Shown here: one piece after another, positions 1-8,134 of the stretch | Position numbering within the stretch: the first letter of the stretch is position 1 | Layout: each line of letters begins with the position of its first letter | NCBI GenBank assembly: GCA_945940335.1 | Contig: CAMEWH010000003.1 | Span: 8,847-72,846, forward strand | Source: an uncultured Clostridia bacterium | GTDB taxonomy: Bacteria; Bacillota; Clostridia; Oscillospirales; Oscillospiraceae | Direction: 5' to 3' | DNA: 64,000 nucleotides | Notes under the pieces: generated by a model | What the model was told of the DNA's origin: nothing | Seen by the model: the letters and a program-made list of their open reading frames with translations, nothing else | Database searches by the model: none | Position numbers and translations under genes: made by a program

Positions 1-673
1 GGAAATGGTGAAGCGCGGCAAGGGCCGGAAGTACCACAGTGGCGTCCACACCTTCTCCAGTAAAATCCGCTGCGGTGAGTGCGGCAGCTGGTACGGCTCA
101 AAGGTATGGCACTCCAACAGCAAGTACCGGAAGGTCATCTGGCAGTGCAATCACAAATTCGATGGCGACAAACATTGCAGTACCCCGCACCTGACCGATG
201 ACATCATCCAGCAGGCATTCCTGTCAGCGGCAAATAAGCTGCTGGCCACCAAGGATACGGTCATCGCGGATGGCCGGGAGATGATGGCCCTGCTCTTTGA
301 CACCACCGACTTGGAGCGGGAGCAGGAAGAACTCCAGCAGGAGACGCAGGTGGTCTCCGACATGGTTCAGCAGTGCATCTACGAAAATGCCCACGTCGCC
401 CTTGACCAGACCGAGTACCAGAATCGCTACGACGGTCTGACCGAGCGTTTTGAGAAAGCCAAAGCCCGCCTGGACGCGGTCACGACAGAAATCCATCAGA
501 TGCAGACCCAGCGGGCCAGCATCGAGGATTTCCTGAAAGCCTTTGCAGCCATGCCGGATGAGCTGACCGAATTTACGCTGGAGAGCTGGCACGGGCTGGT
601 GGACTACGGCACCGTCTACGCTGCCGACGACATCCGCTTCACCTTCAAAAACGGGCAGGAAGTAAAAGCGTAA
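1..673 (+). CDS. Large serine recombinase (integrase), C-terminal part; 5' end outside the window
   Basis: Zinc-ribbon motif FSSKIRCGECG...W.C...C followed by a long coiled coil and the typical ending IRFTFKNGQE. Confidence 0.88.
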   Translation, partial: EMVKRGKGRKYHSGVHTFSSKIRCGECGSWYGSKVWHSNSKYRKVIWQCNHKFDGDKHCSTPHLTDDIIQQAFLSAANKLLATKDTVIADGREMMALLFDTTDLEREQEELQQETQVVSDMVQQCIYENAHVALDQTEYQNRYDGLTERFEKAKARLDAVTTEIHQMQTQRASIEDFLKAFAAMPDELTEFTLESWHGLVDYGTVYAADDIRFTFKNGQEVKA

Positions 674-685
674 ACCAATTATGTT

Positions 686-730
686 AAACGCCTCACTACT
701 GGTTTTCATACCAGCGGTGAGGCGCTTTCT
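686..730. terminator. Probable bidirectional intrinsic terminator
   Basis: Hairpin CGCCTCAC..CTGGT/ACCAG..GTGAGGCG flanked by A and T tracts between the convergent recombinase and 389-aa genes. Confidence 0.65.
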
Positions 731-744
731 TATTCCATTCAGTT

Positions 745-1914
745 TTATGCCAATATTTCATCCAATAATATATGATATTTTTTGGGCAGAGACGCCACCA
801 TTAGTTTATACCAAATCTCTCTGGAATACGTTCCATTCTCTATACACCAAATCTTATAATGCAATTTCTTTTCGGCATAAAAATCTATCGGTATTTCCGG
901 ATTAGCATCAGCGTATTTTTGCTCGTAGTCTGAGTATATATATTGATTCTTAGTATAATCGATGTGTGTAAAAACATCATCCTCTGGATAATACATGCCA
1001 TGCAAGAATGTAGTTATACACGGAGAATTTGCTTCTCCAGTAGGACAATATGGCAAAGTCTCAATTTCAATATGAAGAAATGCCTTCTTTCGCGTATCAT
1101 CATAATCTTTCTTTATAACCATAAGCAGTTTGTCACATGTTTTTGAGTCAATATGCACGATGATTGTTTTGGCTTTTGTAAAATCTGAATCCGCAAAATG
1201 AAACTGTGGGCCACGGAATTTCTCAAAATTCAATGTTGAATACGAGATAATCTGGTCTGCAGGTACAGCCAAACGTTCATCTAAACGAAGCAGAATGTCT
1301 CCAGAATCGACATTCTCTGTAATTATCTTTGCAAAACCGGGCATACCATCAAAAAAACCAATCTTTGACTTGTTTGTCAACAAATTATACAGATATGCTT
1401 TTCCATCAAATATAAATGAATCCGCCCTAAACTCTACTCCGGGAACAGGCGTTAGGCCATACTGATTCGTTTCATATGCAAACTGCTCTCCCAGAAGCAT
1501 ATCGTTTATGTCTATATATTTTTTTCCGAATGTGTCTAAAATAAATCCTGAGATAATAAGAAAAAGAAACTCAGCTTCAACCTGAATGGTTTCAGTTGCT
1601 CCGGGCCTACGAATAAAAGCCGTATCATAGTACATTATCCATCCGTGGCTATCGTTTTTTTCCATGTAATTCAGAATATTATCCCCTGTAATACCTTTTT
1701 CACAAAATAGCTCACCGACTCGAGTAACCAACGGAATTAGAAATGGCGGAGTTGGAAACGTATTCTCTTTGGTTCTTAAGGACGTAAAATAATCCAGCAT
1801 CGGTTTATAAATAGAGAAAGCTAAATATTCAACAGCTTTGTACTCCTCAGTTTCTAATATTTCAAATAGAAACTGTTCGATAACATCTGCTTGGTCTTTT
1901 GCTGATGATACCAT
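745..1914 (-). CDS. Hypothetical protein, 389 aa, AT-rich mobile-element cargo
   Basis: Long ORF much more AT-rich than its flanks; AAGGAG RBS lies in the end of the upstream small gene; no family recognised. Confidence 0.8.
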   Translation of the reverse strand: MVSSAKDQADVIEQFLFEILETEEYKAVEYLAFSIYKPMLDYFTSLRTKENTFPTPPFLIPLVTRVGELFCEKGITGDNILNYMEKNDSHGWIMYYDTAFIRRPGATETIQVEAEFLFLIISGFILDTFGKKYIDINDMLLGEQFAYETNQYGLTPVPGVEFRADSFIFDGKAYLYNLLTNKSKIGFFDGMPGFAKIITENVDSGDILLRLDERLAVPADQIISYSTLNFEKFRGPQFHFADSDFTKAKTIIVHIDSKTCDKLLMVIKKDYDDTRKKAFLHIEIETLPYCPTGEANSPCITTFLHGMYYPEDDVFTHIDYTKNQYIYSDYEQKYADANPEIPIDFYAEKKLHYKIWCIENGTYSREIWYKLMVASLPKKYHILLDEILA

Positions 1915-1916
1915 TC

Positions 1917-2102
1917 TTAATGCTCCTTACTCTCAATCCGAGCCAATGCCTCCAGCATATGCTTCCCAATGGCTTCAGGATTTTTATTATAAGATTCACA
2001 GATGAGGCGTAACCCATCGGATGTCAGAAACCTTCCGTGGTCTCTATCATAACACAACTTCTTGTACTCTTCGTATTCATTCTTTGAAATTGTAGGCATC
2101 AC
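1917..2102 (-). CDS. Small hypothetical protein, 61 aa
   Basis: GGGAGG RBS before GTG/ATG; stop codon 2 nt from the start of the 389-aa gene. Confidence 0.7.
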   Translation of the reverse strand: MMPTISKNEYEEYKKLCYDRDHGRFLTSDGLRLICESYNKNPEAIGKHMLEALARIESKEH

Positions 2103-2144
2103 AAAATCCTCCCGAAGATTAAAATAGCGTCGATTTCAGAAAAC

Positions 2145-2192
2145 CGACACCCCTAATCAGACCGACACCCCTTTGGCCCCTGCGACACCCCT
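2145..2192 (+). repeat. Three direct repeats CGACACCCCT
   Basis: Exact 10-mers at 2145, 2163 and 2183. Confidence 0.85.
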
Positions 2193-2210
2193 TTGGTCAG
2201 GCCGCTGTGC

Positions 2211-2264
2211 TTTGTATCAAATTTTGCGTCTTAATTTCTATAAAAACGCTGTCTTTGATACAAA
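2211..2264. mobile_element. Candidate att site (right boundary) of the integrative element
   Basis: Perfect 11-bp inverted repeat TTTGTATCAAA-N32-TTTGATACAAA downstream of a large serine recombinase; size fits a serine integrase att site. Confidence 0.5.
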
Positions 2265-2598
2265 AGAAAAAAGCCCTTTCCGGCACATAAGCACCGAAAA
2301 AGGTTTGAAAATAAAGGGCTTCCGAGGTTTTGATGTTTTTCACACCATCGCTTCGGAAGCCCTTTTTTGTTGATGTACTTGTTTGTTCTGCCCTGGGTAT
2401 AAGGGGAATGTACCCCCCTCAGCCAACAGGCGGGGAATAATTATAAGATGAAGGAATAATTAATTCATAATGACCTTGTTTTATGCTTTCCAGGATGAAT
2501 CAAATGTAACAGCATTCGCCATTCTCTTTGTAACGGCTGCCTCTAAATGATCAATAAGAAGGCTGAACGATTCATCAACCTTATATATTCGATTCTAA

Positions 2599-2759
2599 GG
2601 CAACACCGCATAATGGGGCAAGGAGATTCGACGAGAGATTTTATCCCAAGCGAAAGTATGAAAAATGTGGGAATACTGTATGTATTTCCCATTTTTCATA
2701 CTGCGCGATTGGGGTAAAAGATCCGTCGAAGCCCGCAGCACCCATTGTGCGGTGTTGCC
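2599..2759 (+). mobile_element. 161-bp palindromic miniature element (family A, copy 1)
   Basis: Terminal inverted repeats GGCAACACCGCA.AAT/ATT.TGCGGTGTTGCC, CTAA on both sides (2595-2598 and 2760-2763), long internal hairpin. Confidence 0.8.
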
Positions 2760-3281
2760 CTAAAACTGGTCAAGGAAGCCGCCCGGTATCAGGGTGCCTT
2801 TGCTTCCCTCTCCATCGGTGCCCCACTGCTGACCTCTGACCAGGATGCCCGGATCGTTGCCGATGCCCTGGCTGCATCCACCGCCGCCTATGACGATGGA
2901 GCAACCGCCATCTGCCTGATGGGCCATGGCACGGAGGCAGATGCCAACGAAGTATACGAAAGAATGCAGAAGGAACTGGCAGGCAGCGGAAGAGCCAATT
3001 ATTTCATCGGCACCGTGGAGGCTGCCCCCACCGTGGATAAGGTTTTGTCCCTGGTGAAGGCCGGGAATTACAAGCGTGTGCTTTTGCAGCCAATGATGAT
3101 CGTCGCCGGAGACCACGCCAATAACGACATGGCCGGTGAGGAAGAGGACTCCTGGAAGCGCATCTTTGAAAGCGCCGGTTATGAGGTGGTATGCCAGGTG
3201 CACGGTCTCGGGGAACTGGAAGCCATTCAGAACCTGTTTGTTGAACACACAAAAGCAACCGTTCAGGTTTTGAATGGCTGA
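2760..3281 (+). pseudogene. cbiK: 5'-truncated sirohydrochlorin cobaltochelatase (CbiK C-terminal domain)
   Basis: LMGHGT, FIGTVE and VAGDHANNDMAG motifs closely match 11840-12991; the N-terminal half is absent and the frame starts at the element boundary. Confidence 0.85.
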
Positions 3282-3322
3282 AAAAAGATACCTGCGATTG
3301 GACTTCGCAGGCATCTTTTTAT
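3281..3322. terminator. Bidirectional terminator
   Basis: AAAAAGATACCTGCGA/TCGCAGGCATCTTTTT hairpin between convergent genes. Confidence 0.65.
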
Positions 3323-3724
3323 TTAATCTCTCTGGGGTGCAGGGTAAATTTCACCGGGAATCGTTTTTACATCAAACAGGAAATAGAACAGATGGAACAC
3401 CCACACGCATCCCAGCACGATACGTCCCACATTTGTCCGGTGCATCATGATAAAGCCGATGCTCATGAGGATGGTCACCGTCACCATGATCCGCACCTTG
3501 GTTTTCCGCGTCATGCCTTTGCCCTGGGCGTAGCTTTCCAGGTTGTCCTTGTAGAGCCTGGTGCCGGTGAATCAGGCGTGAAGCTTTTCGGAGCTTTTGC
3601 CAAAGCAGAAGGCTGCCAGCAGCAAAAACGGGAACGCCGGAAGCAGAGGCAGCACGGCATCCAGAGCACCCAGTCACACGCCGATGCAGCCCAGTGTGAT
3701 GTACAGGATTTTCTTGATGTTCAT
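3323..3724 (-). pseudogene. YbaN/DUF454 family membrane protein with two in-frame TGA stops
   Basis: Reads MNIKKILYITLGCIGV*LGALDAVLPLLPAFPFLLLAAFCFGKSSEKLHA*FTGTRLY...; DUF454 LP..PF.LLA..CF..SS motif. Confidence 0.85.
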
Positions 3725-4056
3725 GTTGTTTTCTTCAATCGTCTCTTTTCTTTTTTGGTTTCGATCACATGACGGATTGCGGTGACGGGGTGGCAGAAAA
3801 TCATCCGAGGGCCGGAAAACCGCATCACGGCCCGAATCTTCTCCCGTATGTCCGGCTTGTAGCAATGCACCTTGCAGTTGGAGCAGAAGGTCTTGGTCTC
3901 CATAAAGGGGCACCTGTCGCTGCGCTGCCGGGCATAAGCATCCAGAGCGGCGCAGTCGGGACAGAGGGTCTTTCCACCGTGTTTCTTCCGGCAGTATAGG
4001 GCTATCATCTGGGATACAAGCTGTTTTTCCCGCTCCCGCTTGGTCTGGGTGTCCAT
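3721..4056 (-). CDS. YgbA family (nitrous oxide-stimulated promoter family) protein
   Basis: MI.LYC..H...LC..C..L..YA..R...CP....KTFCS.C..HCY....R..IR.VMR.SGPRM signature. Confidence 0.9.
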   Translation of the reverse strand: MDTQTKREREKQLVSQMIALYCRKKHGGKTLCPDCAALDAYARQRSDRCPFMETKTFCSNCKVHCYKPDIREKIRAVMRFSGPRMIFCHPVTAIRHVIETKKEKRRLKKTT

Positions 4057-4415
4057 CAGCTCATCCTCCCATGTTCCACAGAGTAAACCTTGTCGGCAAT
4101 ACGCATGGTGGAGGCCCGGTGGGAGACCAGAACCACGGTTTTACCCTGCCCCTCCTCCCGGAGAGAGCGAAGAATCACCGCCTCGTTCAGGCTGTCCAGA
4201 TTGCTGGTGGGTTCATCCAGCAGCAGGAAGGGCGCAGCGTGGAGAAAGGCCCGGGCCAGTCCCAGCCGCTGCCGCTCGCCGCCGAAGATGGTGATGAAGG
4301 CGGCGCACAGGTGTCCGACAAGTCCCATGGTGATGGCAAGGAGCATATACCCGGTCAGGGGCTTCACCAGGCCAATGAGCTTCCCCATCACGTCAAAACC
4401 GCTTCTTCTTTTCAT
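4056..4415 (-). pseudogene. CydC-like ABC exporter collapsed by an in-frame internal deletion
   Basis: N-terminal TM segment ...FITIFGG is joined directly to the ABC signature tail GERQRLGLARA...LLLDEPTSNLD. Confidence 0.8.
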
Positions 4416-4660
4416 ACATGGGCCTCCTTTCCGTAGTGTTCCAGCGCCTGCTGAACATTCCAAAGCGCGGCATAATGTCCGCCCAGAGACAGCAGCCCCT
4501 CATGGGTGCCGCTTTCCACAACTTCCCCGTCATTCATGACATAAATGTTGTCCGCATCCGCCACATTGGCCAGGCAGCCGCCGAGACCCACATGGCCTGC
4601 GCGGAACTGGGTCACGGCCATGATAATGCCCGCCGCCGCGCCATACACCAAAATCCGCAT
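4412..4660 (-). pseudogene. Chimeric remnant: Rossmann-type start (MRILVYGA) plus two fragments of a CydD-like ABC exporter
   Basis: C-terminus LANVADADNIYVMNDGEVVESGTHEGLL is an ABC exporter tail; GAGGAGG RBS before ATG 4660. Confidence 0.65.
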
Positions 4661-4763
4661 ACTTGTTTTCCTCCTCAGATAGAATTGATCCAAAGCATTC
4701 CCAGTCCGGCTTGAACGAGAGAAGCCAGGGCCCCATGATCATAACTGTCCTTCCTCCCACCGG

Positions 4764-5018
4764 CTATTTTCTGAACAGGGAAAAGCCCTTCTTTTCATAA
4801 GGCTCGCTTTGAAGGGCTGTCACCTGATATCCGGTGGCTTCTATGGCCGTTTTGAGTTTGCTTTCCTCCAGAGGCTGTTCCGAAAGGATTTCCGTTCTCC
4901 CCTTCGTGTGGGAGGAGGTGACCTTTTTCACCGCAAAAGCCTTGCGGACCGCGTCATTAACATGGGCTTCGCACATGCTGCAGGCCATGCCGTCTATTTT
5001 CAGTACCGTCTTAACCAT
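4764..5018 (-). CDS. Heavy-metal-associated (HMA/CopZ-like) protein
   Basis: IDGMACSMC metal-binding motif; AGGAGG RBS. Confidence 0.88.
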   Translation of the reverse strand: MVKTVLKIDGMACSMCEAHVNDAVRKAFAVKKVTSSHTKGRTEILSEQPLEESKLKTAIEATGYQVTALQSEPYEKKGFSLFRK

Positions 5019-5134
5019 TTTACAAACCTCCTGTTTTTTCGTGCATCCCGGCGATGTATTATGAATATGACTCCTTGGAAAAGAAAACGCAGGGCTCATT
5101 TGCTTTCTTTTTTACAAGATTCTATGCTCAAAGA

Positions 5135-5228
5135 TTAGCCTCCGCTAACTGTCAGCCTTGAAAATAGCAGCGTGCTGTTAGCAACTGCTTACCGGTATTA
5201 TCATAGCACCACCCTATTGCTTTGTCAA
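5135..5228 (-). promoter_or_regulatory. Sigma-A promoter with tandem TTAG-N6-CTAA boxes (probable DtxR/MntR-type metal repressor sites)
   Basis: TTGACA (5228-5223), 17 bp, TG-extended TATGAT (5205-5200); palindromes at 5135-5148 and 5178-5191. Confidence 0.6.
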
Positions 5229-5273
5229 TCAGAAAAGCATCTTTTCGATCCTTCCATTGTCCTTAACGGATCG

Positions 5274-5308
5274 TTAACGGCAGATGAATCCATGTTCATC
5301 TGCCGTTA
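5274..5308. terminator. Hairpin downstream of flavodoxin
   Basis: TAACGGCAGATGAA/TTCATCTGCCGTTA perfect inverted repeat. Confidence 0.55.
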
Positions 5309-5344
5309 CACAATAGGAGGTATTGATTTGGAATGATTCTGATA

Positions 5345-5767
5345 TCAGGCCAATGTTTCACCAAGGGCTTCGCACCGGGCGAGGTCATCTTCATCCGGTG
5401 CTTCATTGCAGATTACACTTTCACAGACGAGAACCGCACCGTCATCACGGCAGGTCTGCTCCCAGGAGCGCATCCATTCCCCGTCTCCCCAGCCATAGGA
5501 GCCAAATAATGCAATTTTCTTTCCGTCCAGCTGACTTTCGCAGGCTGAGAACATCGGCTCAAATTCGTCCTCCTCCAGCGCTTCCGCGCCCATGGCCGGA
5601 CAGCCGAAGGCAATTGCATCGAAATCCGCCACCTGATCCGCACCGAACTCGGAGGCGGTCAGCAAAGCTGCCTCTGCCCCCTTGTTTCTGGCGCCATCCG
5701 CCACCGCAGCGGCCATTGCCTCAGTATTGCCCGTTCCACTCCAATAAACAACTGCAATTTTACGCAT
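5345..5767 (-). CDS. Short-chain flavodoxin
   Basis: YWSGTGNTEAMA, FGCPAMG and FGSYGWGDGEW motifs. Confidence 0.95.
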   Translation of the reverse strand: MRKIAVVYWSGTGNTEAMAAAVADGARNKGAEAALLTASEFGADQVADFDAIAFGCPAMGAEALEEDEFEPMFSACESQLDGKKIALFGSYGWGDGEWMRSWEQTCRDDGAVLVCESVICNEAPDEDDLARCEALGETLA

Positions 5768-5802
5768 TGATCATACCAACCTTTCTGAGTTTGAATAGGA
5801 TA

Positions 5803-6518
5803 TCAACCGGCTACAGTGAGCCGCTCAATCGATTTTCCCTGTTCCCACTGGGTACAGTATACCCGTGTGCATTTTTTTGGCTACACCGCATAATTCGGCA
5901 AGGAAGCTCAGCGAGAGATTATGTGCCAGTTCAAAGTTTCAAAAATGGGGGAATACTGTATGTATTTCCCGTTTTTGGAACTGCAGAAATGGCGCAAAAG
6001 ATCCGCTGAGATCCGCAGACGCAATTGTGCGGTGTTGCCTTATATTTCTCAAAGGTTTCCCTTGCCGCCTTTTCATCCCCGTAAACCTTCCAGCAGCCCA
6101 TGCATTTATGGCCACAGGCTTTGTTTTCGATAAAGCCGCAAACATCCTCCGGCGGATATCCCAGGAACACCCCAATTTCATGGGGAAATTCCCCATTCTC
6201 CCGAAAACGGCCAATCAGTTGGCAGACGCAGGGTTCCAGGCGAATATCCCGGTAGCCGCGCTTCCGCAGCAGCTCGATCACGGCTTGATTGGATAAATCC
6301 CGTCTAAGATCGTTGGCCCGGAAAACATAAATCAAAGCTCTCTTTTCCGTACACCGAAGAGGCAGCACCCGAAGTCCTTTGGGCACCAGCCGCCTGTTCA
6401 GACTGCGGATATCGTCCATTAGTTCCCTATTGGAACGATAAGGGCAGGAAAAAATACTTCCCGTCTTGATCCCAGCCAATGTGGGAGAGCAGTTTCGGAT
6501 AATCAGTTCATCAGACAC
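5803..6518 (-). pseudogene. DUF3793 family protein interrupted by a palindromic element
   Basis: CSPTLAGIK and FPHEIGVFLGYP..DV.GFI motifs; the natural tail KKCTRVYC..WEQGKSIERLTVAG* resumes left of 5879. Confidence 0.8.
5879..6039 (+). mobile_element. 161-bp palindromic miniature element (family A, copy 2)
   Basis: Same length and termini (GGCTACACCGCATAAT...ATTGTGCGGTGTTGCC) and same core GGAATACTGTATGTATTTCCC as 2599-2759. Confidence 0.85.
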
Positions 6519-6606
6519 GGGCAAGGTCTCCTTTCCATTATTAGTTAGCATAGGATAACTACCATTCAAAAGATCAGGCGGTGTGTATCTTTGCACATCA
6601 CGATCA

Positions 6607-6680
6607 ATCGAGTAGGAGGGGCTGAATAGCCCCGACCTCTCACACCACCGTGCGTACGGTTCCGTACACGGCGGTTCAAT
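6607..6680 (-). ncRNA. Group II intron domains V and VI (class C-like)
   Basis: GAACCGCCGTGTACGGAACCGTACGCACGGTGGTGT (DV) followed by the DVI hairpin ending CCTACTCGAT. Confidence 0.92.
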
Positions 6681-7180
6681 CGCATAAGTGCAACGACTCG
6701 TACCGAGCAAGGATGCTGTAGTATCCCGCCTGTGCGAGTCGTTCGTTTGTTATTGAGCGTTGTAACACCGGACTTCCCGCTACATTCCAGTAGGCTTTAA
6801 TGTGCCCCCACTTATGGGCATAGTACTTCGGTATGCCCAGCTTCATGAGGTTTCGTATCCTCGCTTTCGGAACCTTCCATTGCTTCCAGATGTAAACACG
6901 AAGTCTCCTTCTCAGCCACTCGCCCCATCTTTGCATCGTTGTCTTCATGCTCGCTATCCCGAAGTAGCCAGCCATCCACGGATGTAGACCTTTACATTCT
7001 CCATCACCTTTCGGACATTTCTACTGCCCTGACTGCGGGAAGTCAGTTCTTTCAGTTTTGCCTTGGCTTTCTTCAAGGACTTTGCGTGTGCTCGAATGTA
7101 GACTCCATTCTTGCCCTTCCCTAACGCAAAGCCCAGAAACTTAAAATTTCGGATACTGTACACGCTGACAACTTTCGGTA
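6676..7180 (-). pseudogene. Group II intron reverse transcriptase/maturase C-terminal remnant, frameshifted and 5'-truncated
   Basis: FKFLGF (RT7), K..K.KLKELT.R, YIRGW/GYFG and WLRRRLRVYIWKQWK maturase motifs spread over different frames; no YADD region. Confidence 0.88.
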
Positions 7181-7657
7181 GAGGCTGTAGTAGGCAAAAA
7201 AACGCCCGGGATGTTTCCGGCAGGCATAGAAACTCGGAAATCACTTCCTCCGCCACCGGGATGCCCAATTCCTCGTAGCTCTCCAGAAGCGCAGACAGAT
7301 CCTCCCAGCCCCGGGCTGTCACATAAAAAAGCCGGTTTTCCTGGCGGCTCACATGGTAAAACCCTTCCCGGTGCAGCCGCAGATATCCCTGGCTGAGCTT
7401 CATCAAAGAAAACATCGGCCACTCCATCCGAAGGCCCATTTTCTTCTTCGGTTCCTATGCCTACAGCCAGCGGGACTTTGAATTTGTCTTTGGTTCCAAT
7501 ATCATCTCCGTAATCAACGGCTCCAAGATCCTGCACGAAGCACTGACAGATACCCAGGCCTACATCGGCAGACTGGTGGCATGTCCGGGAAAATAATCTG
7601 CCACGCCCACAATTGTACAATGGCGGCATCAGCGCTGCTGCCGCGGAAGTAAGGATA

Positions 7658-7686
7658 TTGACAAACCGTCCAAGCAGGTGTATGAT
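7658..7686 (+). promoter_or_regulatory. Sigma-A promoter
   Basis: TTGACA-17 bp-TATGAT directly upstream of the riboswitch. Confidence 0.75.
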
Positions 7687-7702
7687 ATAGGTAATTTCAT
7701 AC

Positions 7703-7888
7703 GGAATTCAAGTGCCGCCGGCTTTGCTTTGGAACCGACGGAGAATAGTGAATCCGGTCAGAATCCGGAACGGTACCGCCACTGTATGCGAGGAGGCGCC
7801 GCACAAGACGAAAGTCAGTCATTGGGATTTTTCCTGAGAAGGCAGTGCGGAAGGCTGATGATACGTAAGTCAGGAGACCTGCTTGAAT
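7703..7888 (+). promoter_or_regulatory. Cobalamin (B12) riboswitch
   Basis: AATAGTGAATCCGGT..AATCCGG, CCGCCACTGT, GAGAAGG and B12 box AGTCAGGAGACCTGC. Confidence 0.92.
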
Positions 7889-8134
7889 ATTCGCTCTGTG
7901 CATTCTGCGTGATTATGGAATGGACAGTTGTTTATCATGGAAAAACGGCCATGTCAGCTATTTGCTGGCATGGCTTTTTTGTGCTCATAGGCGGTTTGCT
8001 GATTGCCGTTTGCAGACTGCTTCTGATCATCCTTCCGCGAAATGCGGAAACCTTTGCCCCGGTTCCCGTCCCCCCTTCGGGAACCGGGAGGCAAAGAAAG
8101 AACTGCATAGATTGTTGGACGAGGAGGAAAGCAA

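Noticed and set aside
2145-2192. Mini-CRISPR array
   Set aside because: Repeats are only 10 bp with 8-10 bp gaps, and there are no cas genes
2380-2598. AT-rich intergenic stretch as a possible ncRNA or oriT
   Set aside because: No convincing structure, repeat or recognisable motif
3323-3724. Two in-frame TGA codons at apparent Gly and Trp positions, suggesting stop-codon reassignment
   Set aside because: Many intact genes here end in TGA (for example cbiC, cbiD, pgmB) and no other gene has internal TGA; each is a single-base change in a decaying region
5931-6710. 259-aa ORF as a genuine protein
   Set aside because: Its N-terminus is translated intron DV/DVI and its C-terminus is the inserted palindrome; the real gene is DUF3793 starting at 6518
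6607-7439. Active retroelement (intact intron, retron or DGR)
   Set aside because: The catalytic RT domains and 5' ribozyme are missing, the remainder is frameshifted, and no template/variable repeat pair was seen
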